A stretch of 64,000 bases of DNA from Catajapyx aquilonaris (GCA_000934665.2 JYFJ02001718.1:1-64000); one strand, 5' to 3'; shown: positions 37,284-50,595, counted from the stretch's first letter. Numbers and translations: made by a program. Notes: generated by a model from the sequence alone, not told the origin.

Positions 37284-39367
37284 ATGCCGAAGAACAAGGG
37301 TGAGCATAAATTGCTATAAATATGCTATTGTTTCGAAAGCCTACTTTTGTAGGCTTGGAACATATGGTTCTGTTGGGGTGAAGCTAATGTATGAGTGTAA
37401 ACTGGGTTATTTTATCTCCTTTATAGGTAAGGGAGGTAAAAACAGGAGAAGGGGGAAGAACGAGAATGAGACGGAGAAGCGTGAGCTTGTCTTCAAGGAA
37501 GATGGACAGGGTAGGTTTGCGGTGCAGGTTTGACGAGAGAGTGCTGTTGATTAACGGCCAACTTTGTATTTTCAGAATATGCACAAGTGACCAAGATGCT
37601 TGGAAATGGCCGCCTGGAAGCAATGTGCTTTGATGGAATTAAGCGTCTCTGCCACATCCGAGGGAAGCTGCGAAAGAAGGTAATGTTGCGTACAGTCGAA
37701 ATTGAACAACGACACATTTTCTGCCTTGTTGTGCCCAACTATTATAGTAAGGGTAAGCTAACATATGGGTTTTGGGAGGTGGCTTATGTCCTTGGCAACC
37801 ATAATTAGCCCCGCCCCCTACCAGTCGACCAATCAGGATTCGATTTCAAAGGAGATGTTCTAAAACCTCAAGAATGAGATGAGCTTGTTTACACTAGAGC
37901 AGTTGGTAACCTACAGTACTACATGAGGCGCAAACATTAGATTTTTGCGTCTCTATCTGTTTGGGGCGTTGCCAAGGCTGGCGGCCATTTTGAAGTGTGT
38001 GGAACGCCAACGAGGTATAAATAGGGTACAGGCAAAAATAGGGTCTGCCATCTTTGATTCGCCGTGTTCTTGCCTTTCCTGCCATGTAGCTGCCATGGCC
38101 GCCACAATCACCAAAGATGGCGGACCCTATTTTTGCCTGTACCCTATTTATACCTCGTTGGCGTTCCACACACTTCAAAATGGCCGCCAGCCTGGGCAAC
38201 GTCCCAAACAGAGACGCGAACATCGAAGGCGCCGACAGAAGTTTGCGCCTCTTATGTAGTATGTAGTAGCTCCCTGGTAGGGACAAGCTAACTTAAGAGT
38301 TTTGGGAGGTGGCTTGTGTCATTGGCAACCGTAATTAGCCCCTCCCCCTACCAGTTGACCAATCAGGATTTGATTTCGAAGGAGATGGGCTTTATGTCCT
38401 AAAGCTTCAAGAATGAGATGAGTTTGTTTACACTAATGCAATTGATAACCCAGTAGGGGGGGGGAATAATTCCCTACCAATTGTTCTAAATTCCATACAA
38501 AAAACTCAGCAGGGGGCGTGGCTAATTATGGTTGCCAAGGACACAAGCCACCTCCCAATACCCATGTTAGCTTACCCCTACTATAGAGATTGCGAGGGAT
38601 TGTTTTTTCGTTTTTTAATAATAATATTTGGGTCGTGCAATGGAAGGCGACAACGATGCAATATTCATGCAAGGTTCACTGCTCTCTCCCGTGTGGTGTT
38701 GCAATGCATTTTATGCAATAGCTGAGATAAAAATAGAGCTACTGCACATCTGCCAATTGATATAAAAAGGATACTAAAGAAGTGTTGTCATTAGTGTATT
38801 TCCTCACATTCATGGCTGATGGTTTTTCTGTTCTGAAAAAGTGGCATTCAGCGTTTGATTAAAATGGAACTGAAGCTAGGTAACGATCACAGTTATAAGA
38901 AATACGAAGCTGTTTGAAATGCTGCTCTACGTACACACGACACAATGTGACTTTGTTTTGTTGCTTCAAAGGTGTGGATCAACCAAGGCGACATAATCTT
39001 GGTTGGACTCCGAGACTACCAGGACACCAAGGCAGATGTTATCCTCAAATACACGCCAGATGAGGCCCGCAACCTGAAGTCATACGGAGAGTTCCCAGAT
39101 TCCGGTAATGATCATTGCAATACTAAAAATTGGTGTCACACTTGGGCCAAAACTAATCCCTAATCTCTTTTCAGTGAAAATCAACGAGACTGTCACTTTC
39201 GTGGACGATGGCATGGATGATGACATTGAGTTTGACGAGATGAGCGAAGAGAGCGATGAAAACATTGATGACGTAAGTATTGCAGCATATTAGTAAACGT
39301 TCCTGAGACTTGGGTGATTATGGCAGCATGCTGATTACTTATTTGATTTTTTCCATTTCAGATCTAG
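37284..39367 (+). CDS. eIF1A: Eukaryotic translation initiation factor 1A; exons 37284-37299, 37427-37510, 37576-37679, 38972-39104, 39175-39272, 39362-39367
   Basis: [110 protein letters not shown]...DENIDDI*; all GT-AG. Confidence 0.98.
37743..38585. mobile_element. MITE with ~75-bp TIRs and internal direct repeat, in eIF1A intron 3
   Basis: TATAGTAAGGGTAAGCTAACATATGGGTTTTGGGAGGTGGCTTATGTCCTTGGCAACCATAATTAGCC versus GGCTAATTATGGTTGCCAAGGACACAAGCCACCTCCCAATACCCATGTTAGCTTACCCCTACTATA; left ~170 bp repeated directly at ~38277-38455. Confidence 0.85.
37917..38261. mobile_element. Nested long palindromic (fold-back) element
   Basis: Arms 37956-38056 and 38112-38212 are reverse complements with about 3 mismatches; outer TACTACAT/ATGTAGTA and GAGGCGCAAAC/GTTTGCGCCTC also pair. 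Confidence 0.9.
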
Positions 39368-40212
39368 CCAGACTCATGGCATGTACATAGCTGGGTGGAC
39401 GCAAGTGAAAATATCTGCCCACAAAATTCTTTTGCAGGCAAAGCTTGTTCGATCTTGGCTATCGTGAAACTTGATGTTTCTTTTGGGTTCAGGTGATGAT
39501 TGGCTCCGTAACTAATTCAAATTCTTTTGGTTGTACTACCCGTGATTAAAAGGCCTGCATTGTCGATTAAATTTTTTTTAAATGTTGCTTACATTGTGAT
39601 GTTTGTACAGTATATTATTATTTTCCCCCTTATTCTTCGGGCAATTAATTGTTATTAATGTACAGGCTGAGTATTTATATAAAACTGGTGTCGGGTTGAG
39701 TTGTCTTTCTTCCTTTGAATGCTGAAAGAGAACTGAAGTGGATGGTTTATTATGGCCGGAATTTTTTAGACCTTGTACGGTCCGTTTATAGCCAGAAATT
39801 TAATATTATTCTAATTTCTTTTAAAAAGTTAGTTTCCATCATGCAGTGTAGTGCTTCTGTGGCCAACATTGTTAGTGAAGAGAAACATTTGTATGTTGTT
39901 GGAAGCCGTAGTATTTCGTGTGAACTCTCGCACTAAAAATGTCATAAGTGAGCAGCAGCTGCAATTGCAGTGATGACATTATTGCGACACCCTGTACATG
40001 ACACTTGCATATGTCTCGACTTACATGCAATGTTGGCTGATTAGAAAGGTACGAATTTTTTTTTTGTGATCAAGAATCACGTACCACTTTTCTTAATGTT
40101 TGTTTGAATCATAGTTCAGACATGGTTTTCTTAGCGTAGCTATTCCTAGATCTAGTGACTCGTTTGCATTATACCTTGTGAGATTGTAGAACGATTTTTT
40201 GATTAAAAAAAC

Positions 40213-41375
40213 ATGAAAAGACCAAAATATCATGGTGCATATTTCAAGCCTACTCACGCAAAGACAGGCGTAATGGTTAACCACACCACTGAAGACTTGT
40301 GTGCAAGGTACACCTTCAGCCTTTAATTTACGTTTAATACGAGGATGTAACCATTTACAGTTGACTTAATTATATTGCAGTTACCTTTCTTAGGATGTTG
40401 CCAATCTTCAAGGTAAGTCATTTGTTGTATTCGCAACTATTGTTGGTACATCCAGAATTTTAACAATATCCTAATTATTCCAGGAGGTGCTTGTGCTAGA
40501 CGCCTTCGTGTTAGATGCTGCTTCTACTTTGACGAGTATGCGGTTGTCTTTCAGAAGCTTATTAAACTAACGGCATGTACGTTAAATACCAATGCTGGCG
40601 CAATGATTTTTACAGTTGGATATTGTGGATTAAAAATTACCATATCATAAATTCACAATTGTACCAGCGCACTTTACACTTAAGGTAAGGTCCTTTCAAA
40701 TGGAGTAATACTATGGAGAACCATGATTTTGGATGTATGCATTTCATTAGTTATGCTAGATTTTGCGAATCATATGCAGCTTTAAATTTTTTTTGCTATT
40801 AAGCCTAATAGAAGCATTTTAAAAGCCACCTAAGGTTGCTAACACCTGCAGCGATTATTTTATGTAGGGGAAGATTGATAAATTGCGAACCTCAGAACCA
40901 TACCTTTCCCTGCTGTGCAAGAAATCAGCTAACCACATTAACATTTTTCCACATACTTCCAACACCATTACTTGGTACAGTAATGAGGCCACAAGTAAGT
41001 GCAGCAGCCATCATGGTAAACCACGTATACACAAAGTTTCTTGTTTGTAATATTAGAACATGATTTAAGTGAAACCAATGTGACATGTTTAGCAGAGAAA
41101 TCCTGTTGATTCAGCCAGCCATCTGACCCACCAGCCAGTTCACGGACATTAAAACCTGTCGTCAACAGTTGCAGCTGCTCCAATCAAGCCAGGCAGACAA
41201 TGGACCACGGAGGAAATTACCGACATATTTTGTCTGATGAAGATGAAGTGGAGGTGACAACACTGTTAGACCCACAGACAACTCATCTGCAGAAGCAGTA
41301 TGAACTAGCTGGGGACCCACCACGCAACATGGTCAGCAATCCAATGAGTTCCATGAGATGCACAGCTGTGAGTTA
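40213..41375 (+). pseudogene. Possible decayed spliced gene or lncRNA convergent with ELOVL-A; product unidentified
   Basis: Regular GT-AG sites delimit exon-like blocks 40213-40307, 40394-40412, 40484-40535, 40616-40684, 40868-40993 and 41092-41375. One frame runs through with one apparent frameshift (~40640) and one in-frame TGA (~41106). Confidence 0.3.
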
Positions 41376-41654
41376 ATGGGATGGGGTCATAAACCTTTTA
41401 CATACATAACACATGCAACAAGCAGGTGACACTTGAAGTGGCCCTGTAATTCCTTTAAGTTTAATTTTATAAAGTGAAACATCATGGGACATTAGTTGAA
41501 ATCAAGGATTTACTTTTAAATTGTATGTCAATTACACAAAGGAACATAATGTAGAAAAGCGTAGGTGTGAGTGTACTTGAGTTGCGATTATTGGCAATTC
41601 ACTCAAGCTTTTTCCCCCACCATCTGCCAAAATGTGTGATCCTTGCAATGCCAA

Positions 41655-43318
41655 TTATTTCTGCAAGCAAGCGAGATTTATTCCTTTCTGAAAAGCCACT
41701 TTCATTGCCGACTTCTGAAAGCAAATATCAGCACATACTTAGTGAAGTTAAAATTTGATTTACAAATTTCATAAACTGCATTTTCTATATATACCTTCGG
41801 CCCTTTTTCCATGTAAGCCTGCATGTAAAAATTTAAGAAAAGAAGAAATATTGTTGGTCCCAGAATGACTGTAAAGTATTTTATTATTGTTGGATTGGGG
41901 CATCCATTGAAGAGTGTTTGCACCTGATGTAATGTTCCTATGACAAATTGAACCTGTGCGAACAAACAAAACCACTGTATTTGATTACATAACCAAACCT
42001 CATATTTTATGTTTGTGTTACCATTTGCAGTACAGTTAAGTACGGCTTCCACCATAAGAATTTCTTGTATCCTAGTGCAGCTATTAAGTAGTAGGAGTAC
42101 ATCACGACGTGAATGAAGGAGTTTATTAAGACTGCAAATGTCCAATGCCCCACTGAAAATACAAACATACTGGTCCATCTGGGGTCCATTACTTTGACAG
42201 AATTTTGATCATTCTAAAGGCTATTGACCATCACTATCAACCACTGCACAGCACCATATTGACAAAGCAATATAGATTCTCAAGTGAAATGTGAATACAT
42301 TATAATTATTCAGTGGCTCTTATCAAATCACCTATCATATGAAAGTAATCAGGCCAAAGTACTGGGCCACGTCTCGCTGACCACTCGAAAACTAAACTTG
42401 GAAAGCAACTTTAAATGTTGTGTTGTTAATTATGTACATAGCAGCTAAAATTTTTTTTGCACTGAACTCACCTCCAGCGAATCTTGCGACATACCAAATC
42501 CAAAATGGCATTGTTGAATGATGAAAGATGTGAAGAAATGTTACTTGCCTGTAGGTTTTGCGCAGATTGAAGAACACCTGTTTGGATTTTGATGAATCAT
42601 GATAAAATTTTTTTCAACCTTAGGAAATGTGCAGGCTTACCGTATCGAGTAAATCCAAATATTTGGCGAAATAATACCACCCAACTGCTTCCACCATCTG
42701 AAAAAAAACAACAGAAGCTTTATAAATGTTTTAAACTGACTGAGCTATAATGTAAAACACTACCTGCTGCATTAGGTAAAACAAATGCGGTACTTTACCT
42801 TCATAGCTTGCGGGCTCCGTGAGTAATCTGCAGGCTGGCAGGTGAAGCTGTATCCGTTGAACCAACCTCCTTGAACACACTACAAAAAGTGGAAGAAAAT
42901 TTTCAAATTGTGGTCATATCAGTATCAGACTTGCATATTTCAAACGGACACTAACCAAATAGACAATCCAGATGTTGAGAATCACTTGACACATGTTATA
43001 CACCATTAGGACGTTTCTGAGCTGGAAAGGTTTCCTGCCAGTCATGAACCTCGGAAGGAGGTAACACACCAAATAAATGTAAGCCAGTAAGGACCCAACA
43101 ACAATAACGACACTTCCCACCATTGGCAATGACTTGAAGCGAGGGTCTGTAATAGACGGCGGGCAATCATGCACCAAGTAAATTAATTACTATAGGTCAT
43201 ACCAGCACTGCCTGAACCCATGCACTTTTCTACCTTCATATTCATAAAATGCGTAGTGGTATTGTTCAGCCACATAAGCGGCCAAATGAGTATGATTGTT
43301 TAATTCATGGTGGTCCAT
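41655..43318 (-). CDS. ELOVL fatty-acid elongase A (ELOVL1/7-like, 8 coding exons)
   Basis: MDHHELNN...; [68 protein letters not shown] (HxxHH box); INSFIHVVMYSYY; KFLWWKPYLTVLQMVQF; LFLNFYMQAY; ends LACLQK*. Confidence 0.92.
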
Positions 43319-45180
43319 GACGTGGAAGTTTGTAACTTGTGCTGATGACCCAAGGATACTGTGTCGATTCAGGCAGCGGAAAATAGTTTCTTCGGTGCAG
43401 ACTACAGTGAACACCTGCATGAAAAAAAGGCGGTACATGGAATTAAGGGAATAACTCGGCGCATTTGTTATTATCATAATTATACATCTTTGGCTAAAGC
43501 GGTACAGATTAGGTCACTTTATGCTTTATGCTGAGTGGATCCAAAAGTGTACGTTTGCACTGCACCTGTGCACTTGGGTACATGTTTGTTCTTCCATAAC
43601 ATACTTACTGATTTCCACTGAATTACTTCCTTCTCATATAAGGTTATTGGATGGAGTGAATTACTGATGTTCTGTTACAAATGGTGGGTCTTATAATATT
43701 AATTCCTTGTGTCTTACAAGACTCAGAAATGAGAGTGAGGCTTCAGCGACTGGCACTGATCTCTCCTTTTCTCTTCTTGTAAATTATAACCTGATGTTTA
43801 CAAAGTCATTAACTTCTGACAAGGTACTCCTCAGCTGAATTACTATTCCGATTGCAGACATTTGCGTCATACAAAATCAGTTATTGCGTTTGTGGTCGTG
43901 CCATATTTACCGGTTACACAACACCAAACCGTGGTTTGTAATCATCGCTGATATTGATGACGTATATTTTGGAATAAATAAAAGTGTGTCTAAAATGGTA
44001 AAATGGTCAAAAATCAGCAAAATTGCAGAGAACAAGGTGTCTTAGGAAGAAAATAGTTTGAGCGAAGTAATTATTTACTGTAATTTGGATTTTCATGCCG
44101 GATTTTCTGTCTACCTATTTTATTATTATTTTTCTATCAGCGGTTTTTGTTGTTGGATTTCTTGCCCCTTTTTCTGAGGCAACCATGAGCATTACTACAC
44201 TCCAGATAAAGATGCCTCAATTATTTTCTTCTACATGTTGAGAAATTCTTAATATCTCTCTTCGACAGTAGTTACGTAACAACTGATGGAAAAAACACCC
44301 TTGTAATTTCAACAAAAGGTGTTGCACACACCCTACATATCAGCACGATATGTATTTACATAACACATCATACTCATAGCAGGCTCTTAAAATATGTGTC
44401 TGTCCGCAATGGACGCTGAGTGCAGCTGAATCTTGTCTGATGCTGGACTAAAAATCAAGCAGGTCCTAATTTATTTTCAGTCCCAAGCCTACTTTTGGCC
44501 ATGTAATTTTGCAACACCGTAAAAAAAAAGCAATTGTTCGACATTTGAGTTTTATTATTGTTATTTGTCGGCGATGCCCAGCTGAAAAATGAAGATGCGT
44601 GATGATTGTATCACTCTAATTGTGTGTAATTTTGAGACCATTTCTCTCTCTCTCTCCATGCTGCCACACACATTCCCATTTGGCCCCTGCCCTGAAACAC
44701 TGAATTAACATGGTATTTCACAAAGTAACACATCACATGACTTCAAAGTTTTATTTAAGTTGTAGTCTAATTGTGTATGAAATCAATGGAACAAAATAAT
44801 GTAGAGCGGAGGAAGTGTGGATGGTCTTGAGTTGCCATTATTACATACGCAACACAAACCAGGTCCTGACTACTGTCGTCATTAGAATGTAATTAGAATT
44901 GTTGAAATTTTTAAAGGTCAGTATTTGCATTGTTTCATCAGCAGTCATGTTCCTATGACAAGGTTACAGCAGGATAGTCTGTAACTAAGTAATTGTAGTG
45001 GTAAGGTGTGCAAGTTTACAGAGAATAAGAATCAAGAAAAATGACAACTGTATGCCATGCAGAGCATGTCTTCATCCGCAGGAGTGCTGTAAAATTATGA
45101 ACGATTCAATATCTCAGTGGACGGGTTCATACTTTTTCCACCTCCATTTGGCAAAAGTGTTGCGATCCATGCAATTTTCA

Positions 45181-46842
45181 TTATTTCTGCAAGCAAGCGA
45201 GGTTTTTTCCTTGCTCAAAGGCTATTGTAGCCTTATTCTGAAAATAAATATTAGTTGAGAGATAGTGCAATTAAATGCAAATTACAATTTTCATATATGT
45301 TGCATTTGCAATTTACCTTGGCCCTCTTTTCCACGTAAGCCTGCATGTAAAAATTGAGGAAAAAAAGAAGTATAACTGGTCCCAGTGTGATTACCAAGTA
45401 TTTTGCCATTACTGAACTGGGGCAACCATTGAAGAATGTTTGCGCCTGATGTAATGTTCCCAAAACAAACTGAACCTGCGAAAAAAGTCAACAAAAAACT
45501 GTAGAGTTTTTAACAGAACAAACACCCATGTTTACCTTACCATCTGCATGACAGTTAAGTACCGCTTCCACCATAGGAATTTCTTGTATCCTAATGCAGC
45601 TATTAGGTAGTAGGTGTACATCACGACATGAATGAAGGAGTTGATTATAACGAAAAAGGTCCAGTGCCCCACTGAAAACACAATATAAGTAGTTAATCTT
45701 TATACATTGGTCCATCACTTTGAAGGAATTATACATAGTTAAAAATTCTTGCTCTGAACTCACCTCCAGCAAATCTCGCTAGATACCAAATAATGACTGG
45801 CATTAATGCATGATGTGCAATGTGAAGATTTGTCACTTGTCCAAAATTTTTGAGCAAATTGAAGAACACCTGCATGGTTATTAAAAAAATCGTGATCAAA
45901 AATTCAACCTTGGGAAATGTCCAGACCCACCGTGTCCAGTAAATCCAAATATTTGGCAAAATAATACCACCCAATCGCTTGCACCATCTGCAGAGAATGA
46001 AAGATGTAGAGTACATAAAAATTGCAATCTAGCTTAACTGCAATGTAATAAACTTCATGGAATATTGCACAATGCACACTTGGAAAAATCTTATTACGAT
46101 ATCATTGGAAAATACATAATGCACATAATTATACTATTGCAGTAAGATTGTTTCATGTCTTTTTGCATGGCTGTTGAGCTGTACTAGTCTACAAAAGCGA
46201 TGAGAAAAGTTTCCAACCATTTGATCATTATAGAATGCATATTATGGTTCTAATATAATAATCCGCGCAGTGTTATATTCGAGAATAAATATAAATAATA
46301 ACAAATCAGATACCTTCATAGCCTGCGGGCTCCATGAGTTATCTGAAGGCTGGCAAGTGAAGCTGTATCCGTTGAACCAACCACCTTGAATACACTATAG
46401 AAGAAGAGGAAGAAAAGCTCAAATCGTGGTCATATCACCATCATCAGATATTCCCTGAATCCCTTCAAACGGACACTGACCAAATAGATAATCCAGACGT
46501 TCAGAATCACTTGGAACGTATTGTACACTATTAGGACTTTTCTGAGCTGGAAAGGTTTCCTGCCAGTCATGAACCACGGAAGGAGGTAACACACCAAATA
46601 AAAATAAGCCAGTACGCATCCAACTATAATAATGCCACTTTCCATCATCGGCAACGACATGAAACGTACATCTGTAATGGAAAGTGAGCAATATATTATT
46701 CACCAAGTCACAATACCAGGTCATTCCAGCACTGCCCGAGTCCAGGCACTTTTCTACCTTCATTGTCGTAAAATGCATAGTGGTATTGTTGAATCACAAA
46801 CGTGCCCAAATTAGTTTGATTGTTTATTTCTGGATGCTCCAT
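45181..46842 (-). CDS. ELOVL fatty-acid elongase B
   Basis: MEHPEINNQTNLG...; FMTGRKPFQLR; AKYLDLLDT; VFFNLLKNFGQVTNLHIAHHALMP; INSFIHVVMYTYY; KFLWWKRYLTVMQM; ends LACLQK*; splice sites intact. Confidence 0.9.
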
Positions 46843-47844
46843 TACGTGAAGGTCTGCGACTTGTGCGGATGACTCATTCATGTAGAATAATGTAAAGATT
46901 CAGGAGGCGCAAATCACTTTCTTCGGTGTAGACTGCTGTGTATACACCTGCATTAAGAAGCAGTGCCTTTAATATTTACGAAGTAGTGCGTAGAATTATG
47001 GATACAACTGTTGGTCACTTCGTCGTCATCATCATCTTTATCAATAAAATCAGTGTGGGTGCAAAATTGTACAAGTTTGCATGGCACTTGTTCCCATGAA
47101 CTAGAAAACTATCGTAGGCCTACTTCGTAAGCCACATCATGGGTTAACGTGGTTTGATGGCCTGCACTGTTTAAGAAGTTATTACGTGCTGACGCAATAC
47201 ATTATTACAGCTAATTTAATATGAAATTGCCCGGCAAATATAATCCAGAGAAATCATTATGAATATTTGATAAGAATATAGTCCCATCAGAAACTACATA
47301 AACTGAAATGAAGTTTCTCTTGGGGACAGTATATAATGCTATCCGAAGTAAATAATTCTGAAATGTACGAAATTGGTTTACAAATAATTAGAAAAACTTA
47401 TAAATTACAGAGTAACCTAAGAACAATATTGAAGAATGACAAAAAAAATAATAATAATTGGGAAATTGTAAAATAATTATTTGAATAATCTGAAACTGAT
47501 GCCTGAGGTAGACCTACTTACCGAATGTAATAAAATGATCTTGCACTATTGCAGATGACAACAGTAGTGCACATATAAGAGCTGTAACTGAGACTGAGGC
47601 TGCACCCGTGTAATCATGCAACCTTCACTCTTTTTCCAACATATTCTTTTCTCCCTCAAAAAAGCTTTCAATGAAGTAAAACCGTTCATTAATTGGATCT
47701 CCTGTTGATTTCTTAAGTCATGTGGAGCAAAATAGACTATTTCGTCATTTTCTTTTCATGATGCGATGGGTACCTTCATATCGGTTATGGGAATATGTCA
47801 CTTTGCCATATCTAACAGACGGTGAAACATGTGTTTCTAACGAA

Positions 47845-48249
47845 TAGGGAGCTTGCATTCCGTCATAAAGACATGATACTCGGTACACTAGATCTTTGGA
47901 GCCTTCTAAACATATCTGGACATGGGGCCACGATGACTGACCCTGCTGGAGCCCCCTATTCAAATATAAATGCGTGTGGGGTCACCCAGCGTGGCCCCAC
48001 TTCTAAATATGCTCAGAAGTGTGCAAAGAACTAATGTACTCAATTTCATGTTTTTATCACTGAATACAAAGTCCTAAAGGTATGCTGCACCTAATAGATA
48101 TGGCAACCCTGTGAAAGTGACCCCTGGCCCACCTATAGTGAGCCCACGTCAAGATATTCTCAGAAATAAGTCTCAAAAGAATGAGTGTACTAAAAAGTTA
48201 CACACTTTTATCAGCAAATGCAAAGTTAAAACCCTTAGCATCCAGACTA
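47845..48249. mobile_element. Degenerate fold-back element plus adjacent terminal fragment (Academ-like termini, inferred)
   Basis: TGCATTCCGTCATAAAGACATGATACTCGGTACACTAG...CATATCTGGACATGGGGCCACG pairs with CGTGGCCCCACTTCTAAATATG...TAATGTACTCAATTTCATGTTTTTATCACTGAATACA; a second end ...CACTTTTATCAGCAAATGCA...TCCAGACTA; absent from the ELOVL-C unit. Confidence 0.55.
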
Positions 48250-50242
48250 TTTAAAAAAAAATTGAGGAAGAAGGTGAATGTCCATGAAATTTTTTACAGT
48301 TAAATATTTATATAAATATTTTCTAATTGTGATCGATAAAGAAAATTAATGCATTGCTCCAATGCAGTCCAAAAATTTAGAGCTTACGCGTACAACAGTG
48401 ATACTGCGATTTGTGAGGGCGATGTTAAACCTATTGTTGGCTCGCGTGTAAAATATCTAAAATTGTCTATTCACCCTTTCTCCTTAATGCCTATGATATG
48501 AACCAATAACGTTGGTACATCAGAATTGTTAAAAAGTCAATATTATTCCAGAAGGTCATTTTGTATTATGAAATGCGAGGCACTGTTAGTGCCGCTTTTT
48601 CTCGGATGTCATTAAGAATCTTATTAACCAATCATTTGCCGTAAGCTGACGTTACATAAGTTAAACACCAATGGTGTCACAACATAATGTCATTGTGAAT
48701 TACCCTGTACGTACCTGTTTATTCACGTATGTGCATTGTAATAACAACTAATAATATATTCATATCACATCTTTGAACCACATAATGATGACGCAGCATG
48801 TGGAAAGATCTGGAGAATCTGCTTAGATCTATTTTTTTTTCTCCATGAGCTTGGTTCCTCTCAATAAATGCAGAATTTCATTGGATTATATCTGCAGTTT
48901 TTGTTGTTGAACTTTTTGCTTATTTTTCCAACCAAAAAGCATTGCGACACTCAAGATAAAAACACCGTACTCTCTTCCGCTGCTGATAAATACCTGATTG
49001 CATTTCTGCAATAGTTACGTAACAGCTTGTGAAATATTCCCCTCAAAACTTTAAAGAAACAGCACTATGCACAACCGGCGCATATATCCATATTCATTAT
49101 TCTTCATTAATATATTATTACTATTGTTGGTTCATTGTTTCCAACAATCAATGACAAGCAATGGCCGGTCGTAACGCAATTCAGCCCCCTTCCGCTTTGT
49201 GTATTGATTGGTCACATACCCAACACTTCAGATTGCATTGGTTTTTTTTTTTCAGCAAAATCAGTGGAGTGTGTTTGTTATTCAAATAAGGCTATTTTAG
49301 TGATAAAATCATGTCCAATATTGTTTGAAGTGCCTACTACTGACCTTAGAATTTGCACTTAATAATACCAATTTCTTATGGCCACAAAAATGTCCCTGTG
49401 ATTGGTCAATTTTTTGTACCAGTTTTATTTTATTTTCTTCAACTTGGATGAAGGAGGGGTAGACTGACCTGTCAATAAAAAGTTAATGAATATCTTTGAT
49501 AAACAAGGTTTGTAAAGCACTGGATGGGTTGGTGTAACAGTGACTGGGGCTGTTGCTCATACAGACAGAAGAATGATTCCTTCCTCTTGTTATGATTGAC
49601 AGGCCAAAAAAAGGAGATGATGAACCCATTTGTGGGAGGGAGACAATTTTGTTGGGTCCTACACTCCAGATAAAGACGCCTCAATTATTTTCTGTTGATA
49701 AATTCTCAATATCTCTCTTTAACAGTAGTTACATAACAGCTGATGGAAAAAAAGACCCAAGTAACTTGAAAAAAAGGTGTTATGCACACAACATATCAGC
49801 GCAATATGTATTTACATAACACATCATACTCATTGCAGGCTCTTAAAATATATGTCTGTCCCCAATGGACACTGAATGCAGCCGAATCTTGTCTGTTGCT
49901 GAACTTTTGGTTGGTCCCGTGATTTTCCCTCTACAGTATTCTTGTTTCCTACCTGCATAGACTCTAAATATCTGCTGAATTTGAGCCAGGTGTGAAAATT
50001 TCACATCTATGTTTTCTTAGGCGCAAGTAATGTTGGCACGTTGTTAATGAAAAAACCATAACATAAATTACTTCAGGAGATGATTTGTGTACGTACTGTA
50101 TGATGCAGTGTATAATACCCAATTTTCTACACAGGAGACTGCAGTAATAATGCAGAACCTTTTTAACTGTTAATTTGTTGTAAATTACATCTCCTATGAC
50201 CAGTGCCATGGCATGACATTATTGTGAAAATCCCTGTGGGGA

Positions 50243-50595
50243 CAGTACCACTCATAAAGAATGGTACGACTGTATTGTCGAATTGTTTATCCTCAATGTC
50301 CAGCAGTTTTCCCAACCTTTTCTGCTGGACCTCTCGTAACTCGTATAACCCAGCATCCTGATTTTTACATGCAATTTTTAATTACCAAATTGTTCAACCA
50401 GGCACAATGCGTAGGTAAAGATGTGAATTTCTCCCTTAACTACTTTGCCTTGTTTTTTCCTTATATTTTTTTCCTTTATTTTGATTTTCTTTTCCCGGAC
50501 TTCCTTGCGATACTTAAAAAGATGCTCCAGGGACTGGAAACAGGATAACATTCTTTTCATCCATAGAGTCGTACCATTCTTTATTAGTGGTACAG
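50243..50595. mobile_element. Tc1/mariner-type MITE (CAGT-like termini, ~30-bp TIR)
   Basis: CAGTACCACTCATAAAGAATGGTACGACT versus AGTCGTACCATTCTTTATTAGTGGTACAG followed by TA. Confidence 0.7.

Noticed and set aside
37894..38291. ORFs of 130, 104 and 75 aa giving similar peptides on both strands
   Set aside because: Artefact of the palindrome inside eIF1A intron 3.
41103..41110. In-frame TGA after a Cys codon as possible selenocysteine
   Set aside because: No SECIS identified by eye, and the same frame also has a frameshift upstream; decay is simpler.
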